NCBI RefSeq assembly: GCF_036971445.1
Contig: NC_091469.1
Coordinates: 136,028,001-136,092,000 of the forward strand
Direction: 5' to 3'
From: Narcine bancroftii
Taxonomy: Eukaryota
Length of the DNA stretch: 64,000 bases
The translations under genes were made by a program, and so were the position numbers. Under the pieces are notes generated by a model, which saw only the letters and a program-made list of their open reading frames with translations, was not told the DNA's origin and searched no databases. Each line of letters starts with the position of its first letter. Position 1 is the stretch's first letter. Below, one piece after another: positions 25,327 through 37,451 of the stretch.

Positions 25327-25684
25327 TGTGACAGAGTATATAGAAAGGTTTTTGGGAGATCAACTCGGAAAGGCTTGTTAGAGTAGGTCACATGCAATCA
25401 CTTTAAAACAGATCTTATTTGAAATACTTGAGCTATGCCGGACATAGTGGCTTCTCACACCTTTTTGCAAGGGTTTTGAAGAGGGCTCAAGAGACTTCAC
25501 TAATGGATTGATGTTTACAACAGAATGCTGTTGTAAGAGATCATGTGGTTTTGCAAGAATAAAGGGAGACCCTGCAATTTCCTTACCACTAGAGGGAAAA
25601 TGCTAGATGTGGTACATCTGATGGACTCCTCTCTGAAGACCTCCTGAAAGTCAAACAGACTTTCTCTCAATCTTGCAGTATGAG

Positions 25685-25773
<89 letters not shown>

Positions 25774-26417
25774 GTGTTTCAGCCAGCAAGAGCTGCTGGA
25801 ACTGAAACAGGAAAAGTTGGCAAGAAACCCCAGTGTGGAAGACTGCCTAGTCACAGCCCTTGTGGTTCATGCAAGAGGAGAGGACTGGCTATCTCATGTT
25901 TCACTTGGAATAAGAGAAACAGAAAGGTACTCTGTGGTGACCTGAAAGAAAGAGGTTATCATCTGGAGAACCCTGACGGGACAAGTTTCATCAGTAAGAC
26001 AATGAGGTGACTGATGGAATGATGGAAGTACATCAGTTTTGGATGTCCTGGAACAACACAACTCTCTCTGAAAGCCAACAAGAACCTTCCTGAGCGGTAA
26101 CCATTTACCTTTTGAGCACCAAAGCCTGGTGAACTTTATAAATGTTAAATTCTGTGCACAGTATAAGAATTACATGCAACCGGTGAACTTGGAGGAATGA
26201 GAAGTGAGATTAGACTGTGAACCAAAGATCTTTTCTGAACATACACACACATTCCATACACATGTGAAGGGCGTTAAGTTAGGTTAAGTAACTTAAGTTA
26301 AAGTTTGATCCTGTTTTCATGTTTAAAGATAATTAAAATCAACTTTTTTTAAAGTAAGCGTTTATCTTGATGATTTTCTGTTGCTGCTGCGTTTTGGGGT
26401 CCTCTGGGCTCATAACA
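25327..26417 (+). mobile_element. Solo LTR (family A)
   Basis: TG...CA termini (tgtgacagag..cataaca) with a 4-bp TSD AATT. Contains a (GA)n tract at 25689-25769 and a 91-bp insertion. Confidence 0.9.
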
Positions 26418-26850
26418 AATTGACGTTTTTGGCCCTGAGTCCTTCCTCGGGAGTTCTGAAAATCAGGCAGATGTCTGAATAAATATGGGGAGGGTGGGGG
26501 AAAGTGTTTGAATGCAGATTAGCAAGTCATAGGTGGACACTTGTGCAAGGGCAAAGAGAAAGAAGTTCAGAAGTGATGGAGGAAGAAGGATTGCTCTCTG
26601 ATGGAAGGGAAGGGGGATGGAAGCTGGAGAGAGAAAGCGAGAGACCAGGAAGAATGTGAACAGAAATTGGGGAAGTCGATATAGATGCCCATCTGGTTGG
26701 AGACTGGTGGGACTGAAGGGTATATTTCTCCAGTTTATGGGTGGCTTCAACTTGGCAGTATAAGACTGTGGACAGATACACTAGTGTAAGAATGAGGTGA
26801 GGAAGTGAAGTGATTGGCCGCAGCATCTGAAAATTTCTTGTTTTGTGATG
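26418..26850 (-). mobile_element. Penelope-like element 3' fragment
   Basis: Terminal-repeat and hammerhead relic, purine tract and the reverse of a 'SLQPDG' motif; continues left of the LTR at ~25260-25326. Confidence 0.65.
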
Positions 26851-28002
26851 TTGTTTCAGGAATATATATCGGCCAGGACACTGAAATAATTCACCTTTTC
26901 CTGCAGAGTAATCTTTTACATTCACCCGTGAGGGCAAGGAAATAGATTATTAGTTTACATTTGACAAAACCATAGTTCCTAACTCCCTGTGGCTATAAAA
27001 TGAACTGATGAAATGAGAGTTTGAATTTTGTCAAACGTCAGACTGTTCTTGCTTTCCAAAATTGGACAAGAACCCAGAAAGTTACCTCTGGGGAAACATT
27101 CAATCTACACAAGGCACATAGGAACCAAATTGTAACCTCTTTTCACTAGCCTAAGGGTTTAAAGATGATTATCAATTACTTATATAATGATGAATAATCC
27201 CAAAGCAATTGTCTAGTTTTCTGATTTCAGACACTCTGCTTTTTATGGCAGAGCATTTCTTTCTCTTAGATCATTTTTTTTCTGTATGCGACAAAATTAT
27301 AGTAAGTTGGTGTTGGAAAGGGTTCATTGATAAAATTGCTGGACTTGTAGCCAGAAATCTAGACTATGGTCCATCAACATGTATGTTAACCTATCATGGA
27401 GGCTGGGTAATTTAAATTTAAGCAACTAAACAAAATCTGGAAATTAAAAAGCTATTATCAGGACCATGGATTGTCACAAAACAAAATACCATTGGTCTTC
27501 ATGATTGGTAGATTTCAGGCTTTTCTCTTTGCGCAACGAATGAGGGGAGGTGAATTAATAGGATTATGTGGGGCTTAGATAGAGTGGACAGCCGGCACAT
27601 TTTTCCTGAGATGACAATAGCAAATGACAGAGGACGTTTGTTTCAGGTGAGTGGGGCAGCACAGTTAGCGTAAAGCTGTAACAGTGCCACCGAACAGGAA
27701 CAGGATTCGATTCCCATGCTGTATGTTTTCCACATGTCTGTGTGGGTTTTCCCCAGTGGCTCCGGTTTCCCCCACCCTTCAAAAAATAAACATACCAACG
27801 TTAAAGGTTAATTGGGTGGCATGTGCTCGTAGGCCGAAAGGGCCTGTTGCTGTACTGGGTTTCTAAATATAAATTTAAAATTTAAATTTGGGGAGACATC
27901 AGAAAGACGTTTTTTTTTACTCAGAGTGGTGGGTGCCAGGAATTCTGGTGATAGAGGCTACTACAATAGGACCATTCAAAAGACATTTACGTGGATATAG
28001 AG

Positions 28003-28974
28003 CAGGGGTGTCAAACTCAAATTCACCGAGGGCCAAAATTAAAAACTTGGACTAAGTTGAGGGCTGAACTAAATATTTATTGAAAATTTTCAACAACATC
28101 TGCATGTTTTCTCTCAACATATGTAATGTTAAACTTTTTCTTATTAAAATAAATGTTTAATAATAGTTTTGGTTAAACTCCTTCCATACGAAGCATTAAC
28201 AAATAAGAAATAAAATATTCAATAAATAATATTTCTCTCTAGCCTTTAAGCCAAGGATCGCACGTTGCCGAGAAGCATGCCAGGGAGCGGAGGTCTGCAG
28301 GGAGCCCTCCCCAGCCCAGCCAGCAAACCCGAGCGGCATCCCCCCCACCCCTCTCCCTCCTCCGCCCCCGCCTCCGCCTGCTGCAACCGCCGCCAACAAC
28401 CCAAGGAGTCCCCCCTGGTCTCACCATCTCACCGGGAATACCATGAGAGCGGTGGAACTCGTCCGCGACCTCCACCCCAGCGGAAAGTCCGACGCCCAGC
28501 AGCACCCGCCCACAGATGAAGCTCAAGGAGACGCGGAGGTGACCCACCACGTCCAGCCACATGGAGCTAGGCGGCGGGTCCGTTGTAGCTAGGCGGTGGG
28601 CCCGTTGTAGCTAGGCGGCGGGTCCGTTGTAGCAAGGCGGCGGGTCCGTTGTAGCAAGGCGGCGGGTCCGTTGTAGCAAGGCGGCGGGTCCGTTGTAGCA
28701 AGGCGGCGGGTCCGTTGTAGCAAGGCGGCGGGTCCGTTGTATCGGCGCCGCTGTGAATATCTAATTAACTTTCCCGTTAACTATATCGGTGTCCTGCTGT
28801 GCCTGCTGTGGAAGTGCTAAAAATTACTATGGTGGTGCCTGCTGCTGTGCATGTGCTATACTTGCGCGGCGGCCAGCGGGCCACCTCTAATATATATTTA
28901 ATATGATCTTGCAGGCCAAATATAATTATATCGTGGGCCAAATTTGGCCCGCGGGCCAGAGTTTGACATGTGTG
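28003..28974. mobile_element. hAT-Charlie-type non-autonomous transposon (972 bp)
   Basis: TIRs caggggtgtcaaactc ... gagtttgacatgtgtg; perfect 8-bp TSD atatagag (27995-28002, 28975-28982); inserted in a CR1 tail. Confidence 0.92.
28565..28740. repeat. 22-bp GC-rich minisatellite x8
   Basis: Unit agc(t/a)aggcggcgggtccgttgt. Confidence 0.97.
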
Positions 28975-30969
28975 ATATAGAGGGTCATGGGTGAGGTAAG
29001 GAAAAATTAGATAGGTTCATAAAAGTTGGTACAACATCATGGGATAAGTTTCTCCTCTGCTGCAATGTTCTTTGTTCTATGAATGGATGCATCAGAATGA
29101 GATTGTAAATGAGGGAGTGGGAGGGGTGAGGCAATAAGCTGGCAGGTTATAGGTTGCTCCAGGTTAGAAGGGGGTTTCGAGCAGATGGATTTGGATGTGC
29201 AGGGAGGGTGGTGATAGAGACAGAGGCAGAAGGTGATAATTGGAGACAAAAATTGGCAAATTATGGAACCTGATCAAAAAAAGTTAAAGAGTGGAACTAG
29301 GTAAGAAAAAGATGCTGGACAGATTGGAACATTGGGGGAAAAGGATCAGGAAATCAGTGGGAAGAGCACATAGGTGATGGACAGATAGACCAATGTTGGG
29401 GAGGTGAAAAACATTTGGTAGCATAGGGCTGAGGGTTGAAAAGAAGACAATTTGGGTAGGTTGTAACAAATCAGGCAGGTGTGGGATTGATATAATTAGA
29501 GAATTCAATATGCAGCTCTACAACCCATTTGTATGAATACATTTTCAGAGTCGGAAATATCACAGATGTTGTCTGACCCATTGAGTTCTTCTGGCAGTTT
29601 GTAAATTAACCAGCTTGCACCATAGTTTATATGACAAAATACACAAGCCAAAGGACAACAGATATTAAAATAAAACATGGCAATTGTTTGTTAGGCAAAT
29701 GGATGTGTGCAGATAATATTAAGCATAACTGTAGCTAATAAAACTCAAATTACTGAGATATGCCTTTATTTCAAATGCCTTCATGGCCAGCTTTATATTT
29801 TGATTACCTTTAAACTTTGGGGCAATTTTCTCATGGAAATCTACTCAGTGGTAATTGTGTTAACATTTATTCCAGGTCAAGCGGTTAAGCAGGAATAATG
29901 ATGTGTCAAAACTGTACTGTAATGTTGTCAATCAAACAATTAACATTTGGTTGAAGAGTCAAGAGAACATATTAGCTGGGCGAAACATGTAAAACGAGAA
30001 GATAAGCTGCTTAGAACCAAAGGTACACACAAGGCAAAATCATTCAGAACAGATATTTTGACAAAATAATATTAGTGCTTTATTCAATGCTACATAAAAA
30101 ACAAGGTAAAATGCTTCAATAATGAGGCAATTGCTTGCTATGAATAGCATAAGCTTCAAAATGAGCAAGGAACAGTCATGGATACTCTATTCACATTGGG
30201 ACTTTTATGAGTATCTAATTGAGTGTACACATTGAATCAGGTATCACCATGGTAGCAAGCATACAATAAGCCCTGTTGAATAGGGTAAAGAGACATATTA
30301 ATTGAAAGTGATTGTGATTTTATTTTGAATTATAGGTCAGCTATTAAGCCGAACATAGTCCCTGAACACATTAATCTGATGCTGAAACTGGAGATTCGAC
30401 AGATCCCTATTGTGGGCAAACAGAATCCCTTCCAAAGAGTACAAGTAAATGAACTTGACCTGTGATGCTGAGGTGGTGAGATGCCTCCAGTATTTACGAG
30501 AACACAAAACACAGGAGGCAAACTTAACTGCTTGAGGGAATAGAATGCCAGGCATTCAGCTTAAACTCTATTATTGACTTTAATTAATTTTGGATGGCAA
30601 ATGATCTTACCATTTATTCTCAATTCACAACATTGTTTAGTTTCAAACCATCCCATTTAAAGCACTTCATTGTCAATCACACTGGAAAAACTCCAATATA
30701 GAATGGCAGAGCACAATTTTTGCAGCTTTGCTAAAGACGTAGCATCAAACAATGGAGACAGATGACACTGTGAAATGCAGTTCTTCTAACTTAGAACAAT
30801 GAAGGCATACAGGTGTTTTTAGACTAATGAGGGTCAGAACAAATAGTGGTCTAAGCACTTCCTCCTGGTATTAGTTTAGAGAATTTGCATGCTAGTGAGG
30901 TCAGTTCACAGGTTACTATCCTACCTGCTCCCAGTTGTAACTAAAGTTAGCATTTTGATATGACGTATC

Positions 30970-31104
30970 TAGGGTTGTAACTCCTTGAACCCTTCAAACC
31001 AGTTCCCGCAACTTCACCACCACAAATTGATGTTGTGAGTAGGGTCAATTTGTGGTGGTGAGGTTGAGGAACAGATTGAAAGTGTTCAAGAAGTTTCAGG
31101 CCTA
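30970..31104. other. Long imperfect hairpin (palindromic MITE relic or pre-miRNA candidate)
   Basis: A 22-bp inner stem (31009-31030 with 31045-31066, one T.G pair), a 14-nt loop, and imperfect pairing out to TA...TA ends. Confidence 0.8.
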
Positions 31105-31555
31105 AAAAAAACCCCATTAAAATACATTTTTAATTAACTATCTTTAATTTATAGTTAAAAAATTAATTATTTTAAAACAAATATTAAAACACAAATTTTA
31201 TTTATGCTAGGAGTAAACAAAACTGAGAAAGAGCATCCACCTCAAACTGATCTTGCTAGCTTGCAAGTTCACAAAACTACAAAAACCCAGAGAAGGAATT
31301 TAGGAGGTTAGAACAAAACTACCAGCTATGGCCTAATGCACAGACACAGCACATGGATTAAATAAGTTATCTTACAACAGTTTTGAAAGCGCAAGCTAAA
31401 TTGGCTGAACCATGATGGCTCCACAGATGCACATTACTATTAAGCCCCCATCCCTTCTGACACACCTCACAATTGGTCCTCCAGCACTGCCCATGGATAA
31501 CAGCCAAGACTGGGCTTAGGGGAAACATAGAGGATAACAATGCGCATGTGCTCAA

Positions 31556-31725
31556 TTTTTATACTCTTGGCCAGGAGCTTGTGCCAGGTATTGAGTCATG
31601 TGATTTCAAGTGAGGAGAATGGCCAATCGAAAGGTGGCTTAGTTTGGGGTATTGAGTTACATGACATCAAATGGGAAGGTGACCAATCAAAGAGCAGTTT
31701 AGTCTGGGGTGAGTCTCATTTTGAT
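31556..31725 (-). promoter_or_regulatory. Candidate Pol II promoter: TATA + tandem CCAAT/AP-1 units
   Basis: TATAAAAA on the minus strand at 31563-31556; ~60-bp repeats start at 31587, 31648 and 31708 with TGAGTCA-like sites, and the two full units carry CCAATC. Confidence 0.35.
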
Positions 31726-33011
31726 TAACAAAGAGAAGTCACATTTGACCAGTGAGTTGACCCTCTTATTTTATAGCTGTCCATGATTGGCCTTCTCTAT
31801 TGTCAGAGTGAGGCCCAATGTAAACTAGAGGAGCAACACCTCATTCTCTGCCTGGGCTGTCTATGGTCTATTGGTGTGAGTATAGAAATTTCTTATGTCA
31901 AATAATGATTTTCCTCTCTCTTCTTCTGCATCCCAACCACCTCCACTAATTCCAAACCCATTCTCATCCTCCCTCTTGGAGTCCTTCTTGCCCTCTCCTC
32001 TCCCTACTGAAATATAATTCCAAATGGACTCCTGTTATATCACCATGCTCTGCTTTTAATGGCCAATACCAGAACACATCTGTTTAAGGTGACTGGAGGA
32101 AAGTTTAGGAGAGAGGTATGTTTTTTTTTGACACAGAGCAGTGGTGGGTGCCTGAAATGGATTACAGGAGTGGTGGTGGTGGTGGACACTGGTACAATAG
32201 ACTTCTGTTAAAGACTTAGATTGGCACATGGATGCAAGAAAAATAGGTTATGAGGTGTAAGGTAGGAGGGGTTAGATTAATGCTGGATAAGGTTTAAATA
32301 GATTGGTACAACATTGAGAGCCGAAGACCCTGTTCTATGTTCTCATCTCCCTGTTTATCAGATTCTACTTCTAATCATCCACTTCAAGCTGTAGGACTCA
32401 TTTTCCTTCAACTAGCCCCTTTATTTTTCTTGCCTCTGTTTCCCTTTGTCTGGCACCTGCTCATCTGCTTTTGTCTGTCAACTATCATCTCTCCCTGGTT
32501 TTCCAATCCCCTGTGAGGCTCTGGTCTCATGCCTCCCACCTTGTTGTCTTTACACTGTCTTCTGTTCCAACCTTCATTAGTCCTGATGAAGAGTTTCAGC
32601 CTGAAGTGTGGTGCAGTCTTTTCTCTCACTGATGCTGCTTGCCCCGCTGAGTTCCTTCATCAGATTGTGTTTAGGGATGGTTGGATGGCTTTCTGTCAAT
32701 CATTCTTTGTTACAGCAATAAGATGTAATTGGGGGGCACGGGGTCATGGAACAAGTTTGCCTGTTAACTGTGGTGTATGTCTAAATTTTTTTAAAAATTG
32801 GAATAAATTGAAACTAAATCTATATACATTGTTTTACAAAATGAATCTCTGTGATTCTTATTCCTTTCTGCCTCCAACTGATTCAGTGAGCTAGTGATGT
32901 TAATAAATGTAGTTTCTCCTAATCTCTCCTAATCCACCTACAGCGTTCCAGAGAACCATGGCAGTCTAATGATTTGGTTCAGGGATGACGGACAGGTTAT
33001 TTTATCTACAG

Positions 33012-34840
33012 CAGGGATGGCCAAGCCATGACTCGTGAGCCACATGCCACTCTGACGTAGAATATGCGGCTTGCGGAAATATGTTGGCTGAGACAGGAAT
33101 TGGAATTGCACTGGGTGAAAACCCTAGAACCAGCAATCTAACATAGAAGGACTGTAGTAGCTCAATAAACTTGTTCACCACAACCTTCTCAACCAAATCA
33201 AAGATGATTTAAGTCCAGTTTTGCCACTAATATTTACCACGTGTATATACAAAATATCTTCCTTAGCAATGTTAAATTCAGTTTTGATCAGCAGCTTACC
33301 TGAAATTAACTGCCAGGGTACAACAACGACTCCACTTTTGTACAATTCCCATGTTACTGCTAAAAAGTGTTGTTACCTTTATATCACAAATAAGCATTAA
33401 AAATATGCGAGACAAAATTATCGTTGCAAAGCAATTACAGCTTGGCACATGCTATTAAAGCCCTCTAAAAAGAAATAAACTGCTGTGGCAATGATGTGCA
33501 TGTTCAGGACATGGGTGAAATAACAAACAACCATGTTTATAAACTGCAGGATAAACATTCATATTTCATCTAGGTTTCCTTCTTTGACAACCAGACTAAC
33601 ATAGAAGGGAAACAAACATCTAAAACAGACCAGCAGACCCAAAAAAAAATAGAACCAAAGTGGGGGCAGTGGCAGGCATTGAATGGTCTGAATGTAAGGT
33701 TCAATGAATGACACAGGGACTATCCGCCAATGGTTTGTAGAGCAGAACCAGTAAAACAAAACATTGATGGGGCTTTGCTTTTAAACTTAACCCACGTTGC
33801 AAGCAGGGCTGTTCCGTAGCTTAATTGATGTCAGAATACTGGAGGCCTAAAGAAGGGGAGACGCTCATTCACTTTGTAGTCAAGTTGGAAGAATCTGGCT
33901 TGCAATCAAATCTTGAGAAGAGACTGTGCACAATTGTTGGGATACTCTTATCAAATAGTAAAACAGACAAGCTTTCTGGCCAACTTGTTACTGGTCTTCT
34001 CTGGTTTCGATATGAAGGATAATAAAATAAGAGATTAGACCGATAATTTGAATAACTATTTTAAGGTTCTTCAGCTGTTAATAAATCAGCAGGTTGATAG
34101 CAGTGGGGAAATGCACAGAATTGAATAATGCAAAGCTGTCACCAGATCAAATATTTGCTTCCTAAAATATTTTTTATTTAATCCAATTTACCTTTTGCAA
34201 AAGACTTTTTACAGTAATATACAGCAATATCAAAATAAACCACTTTGACAGTGGTGTGACCAATGCAAAAATCTTTTTTTTCTTTGGCTTGGCTTCGCGG
34301 ACGAAGATTTATGGAGGGGTAAAATGTCCACGTCAGCTGCAGGCTCGTTTGTGGCTGACAAGTCCGATGCGGGACAGGCAGACACGGTTGCAGCGGTTGC
34401 AAGGGAAAATTGGTGGGTTGGGGTTGGGTGTTGGGTTTTTCCTCTTTTGTCAGTGAGGTGAGCTCTGCGGTCTTCTTCAAAGGAGGTTGCTGCCCGCCGA
34501 ACTGTGAGGCGCCAAGATGCAAAAATAAAATTTAAAAAAATCTACATTTCAAATTAACATACAAGTAGAATTTGAAATGAAACATAGAGCAACAGAATAA
34601 AATGAATCATTGCCCATTCTAGATTTGTCAGTGATACAAAATAATATTGCTCATGTCTGGTCAAAGGAAGGACTTAAGTGGAGCGACATGTACTTCTTAA
34701 TATTTAGATAAAACCTTTATGACAAGATGTGCATAGAAGAGTAATAATGTATAAGTAATATTATTTCATGTCTTATGGCTCTCCAGCATCCGAAGTATAT
34801 TGCATGTGGCTCTTGTGTTAAGCAAGTTTGTCCATCCATG
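33012..34840. mobile_element. hAT-Charlie-like element (decayed)
   Basis: Termini cagggatggccaagc..gagccacatgc and gcatgtggctc..gtttgtccatccatg; no clean TSD. Confidence 0.55.
34273..34516 (-). mobile_element. RTE LINE 5'-truncated insertion
   Basis: The minus strand encodes ..FPCNRCNRVCLSRIGLVSHKRACS* (RTE C-terminal C2HC finger). A-rich tail; 10-bp TSD atgcaaaaat (34263-34272, 34517-34526). Confidence 0.9.
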
Positions 34841-35219
34841 CCAGCACTACGGGGTAGTCAAGATTTGGGACAAACATTTCGAGGCCAAGATCAGGTTGAT
34901 CATAATCAACAGGCGGTGACTTCCATTAGAAGGACCAAGTGACTTCTTTATGCTTCACCTTATTTTGTTCTCATGAATATGATTACACCTGAAATTTCAA
35001 AATGAAGAACCACTGAGTTTTTTCAGCAAATATAAGGTGACATTGGAGATGGTACATATTTTAAACATTACACCAGATTATTTCTGTGAAGAGTTAAAAA
35101 CTCAGTTCAGAGTAAAAACTTTTGGCAAGCTTGTGAATGATATATTGGAAGTGTGAACCAATGTCAGAGAAGACAGCTTGGAAAATATTCTGCAAAATTC
35201 TAAGACTTGATCAGCTTAC

Positions 35220-35372
35220 TGATGGGAGAAAGGGAAGATTGAAAATTCAGTGACTCTGGACTGCTTTTCTGCACTCCCTGAGGACCGAATCCTGAAGGAA
35301 TGGTTTTGAAATGTATCTATTAGGGGAGGAATGATTTGAAGTGCACATATTCTTGTATCTGTGCCAGAGAAG
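35220..35372 (-). other. Candidate exon, 153 nt, frame-preserving
   Basis: Acceptor ttgttttgtttgtacacttcag and donor CA|gtaagc. One open frame: FSGTDTRICALQIIPPLIDTFQNHSFRIRSSGSAEKQSRVTEFSIFPFSH. Product not recognised. Confidence 0.35.
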
Positions 35373-36119
35373 CTGAAGTGTACAAACAAAACAATTAAAT
35401 AGGGAATAAAAAAGTAAATAACCACTCACTTCAAACACCCTTTCCTTTGACCCCTACTCTCACACCACCACCCTTGAAATCTGGGGGCAATAATGTGAAG
35501 TAAATGGCATCATTATTGGTTTAGCTCCCTGAAGAGAAACAAAACTGCTGAATGTTATCTGGAGGACATCACAGGTGCCAATTAAATTAACTTGCTTCGG
35601 TGAATATGACATCTTGCTGACAATGCTTTGAGAAAGCTATAATTTTTTTTCCTCTGTGCTGCAAGTTCAATAGTTTTAATTGCACTGCTAAATCAAAATA
35701 ACCCTGAAACTTCTCTGTCATCTATCCTGTCTCTGCCCAATAGCTTATTTGCTGTTCAAAATGATCAAGAACAGAAATTAAATGCATTTTATAAAATTCT
35801 GGTACAAGTTAAACAAGTCCTATAATTGGACAGCTTGCTCAGAGCTGCGCTAATGACCTGAATAGAGATTTTCAAAAGTTTGGCATAACAATGAAGTTGC
35901 GTCATTCCGTTTAGCATCAAGTACTTGAAGTCATGATTGGCTGCCGTAAACTGGGATCTTCCATTTTCTCTGTTGTTCCGATTATCACTTACATCATGAT
36001 CTCATTGCATCTGTTAGCCTGTGCTTTTCTCCCTGTTCTTAAAGCTGAATAATTTTGCATTGTCTAATTGAGTGGATTCACTTAAAGTTAGCAGACAGAG
36101 TCGAATTAAATGAACAAGG

Positions 36120-37005
36120 GACCCCTCCTTCTTTGAAATGTTTATAAATGTCATGGACAAGGAAGTGAACGGGTGGGTTCGTAAGTTTGCGAATGACACC
36201 AAGGTTGGTGGGCTTGTGGAGAGTTGGAGGGATGCCAGAAGTTGTAGTGGGACATTGATAGGATGCAGAGCTGGGCTGAGATCCGGCAGATGGAGTTTAA
36301 GAACAGTGTGAAGTGGCTCATTTCGGTAGGTCAAATTTGCAGGCAAAATACAATGTAAATGGGATGCGACTCTGAGCAGTGTGGATCAACTGAAAGATCT
36401 TGAGGTCTGTGTCCTCACACAGCTTGATAGTATTGATAAGAAGGCATATTGACCTTCATTAACCATGGGAGCAGTGAAGTAATGTTGCAGCTATATAAGA
36501 CAATAGTTAGACCTCTCTTGGAATATTGTGTTTCATTTCTAGTCACCTCATTACAGGAAGGACTAGCTTCGGAAAGGGTGCAAAAGAGATTGGGAAGGAT
36601 GCTGCCTTGTGAGAATAGGTGGAGTGAACTTGGTCTTTTCTCCTTGGAGTGTTAGAGGATAAGCGGTGACCTGATAGACATGTATAAGATGATGAGACAC
36701 ATTGATCATATTCTCAGGGCTGAAATGGCTAACACAAGCGGGCACATTTTCAAGGTGATTGGGACTGGGGAGAGGAAAAAGGTATGTTTTTCACAACAGA
36801 GAGTGGTGGGTGTATGGAATGCTCTGCTAGCAATGGTGGTGGAAGAAGGGCTTTTAAAGAGACTCTTGCTTAGTACATGGAACTAAAAAAAAATGAAGGG
36901 TTACGTAATAGGGAAATTCTCAGCAGTTTTAAGAGTAGGTTATTAAGTCAACACAACACTGTGGGCTGAAGTGCCTGTATATTGTGCTGTAGATTTCTAT
37001 TTTCT
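36120..37005 (+). mobile_element. CR1 LINE RT to 3' fragment
   Basis: KFANDTKVGG, LYKTIVRPLLEYCV and a CR1 tail. Confidence 0.85.
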
Positions 37006-37451
37006 ATACACCTTTAGAAGTTGAGCCCACAAGGGAAAAGGCAATTCTGTATATGGTGCCAAATGAACCAAACTTGATGAGGTGTTGAAGGTAGAGGAAC
37101 TCAGTGGAGCTACTGATTATAAAATTATAGAGTTCACTCTAGAGAGGGAGAAGCTATAGTCCAATTAAGTAAAGTTAACTGGATAGATATGAGAGAGGAG
37201 GTGGCCAAAGCTGATAGTAGAGGACCCTAGCAATCTCAAAGAAGAAGAAACATTCTAAAGGGTGGGAGATGTAACTGTAGCTGATATGGGAAATCATATA
37301 CAGCATAAAAGCAAAATGGAAACATACCGTATTGCAAAAATTAGTTGGAAACCAGGGGATTAGGTAGCTTTTAATAACCAACAGAAGGAATAACGAAAAT
37401 AGTAAGTCAACAAAAACTGAAATAAGATTGTCAGCTAATATTTAGGGGAAT

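Noticed and set aside
27188-27224. C-box ATGATGA followed by D-box CTGA as a snoRNA
   Set aside because: Only ~36 nt long, too short for a C/D snoRNA.
28196-28562. GC-rich ORFs and CpG island as a host gene 5' end
   Set aside because: They lie wholly inside a TSD-flanked hAT element.
30336-30444. Plus-strand exon candidate SAIKPNIVPEHINLMLKLEIRQIPIVGKQNPFQRVQ
   Set aside because: Mediocre splice sites, open frames on both strands, and no partner exons or recognised protein.
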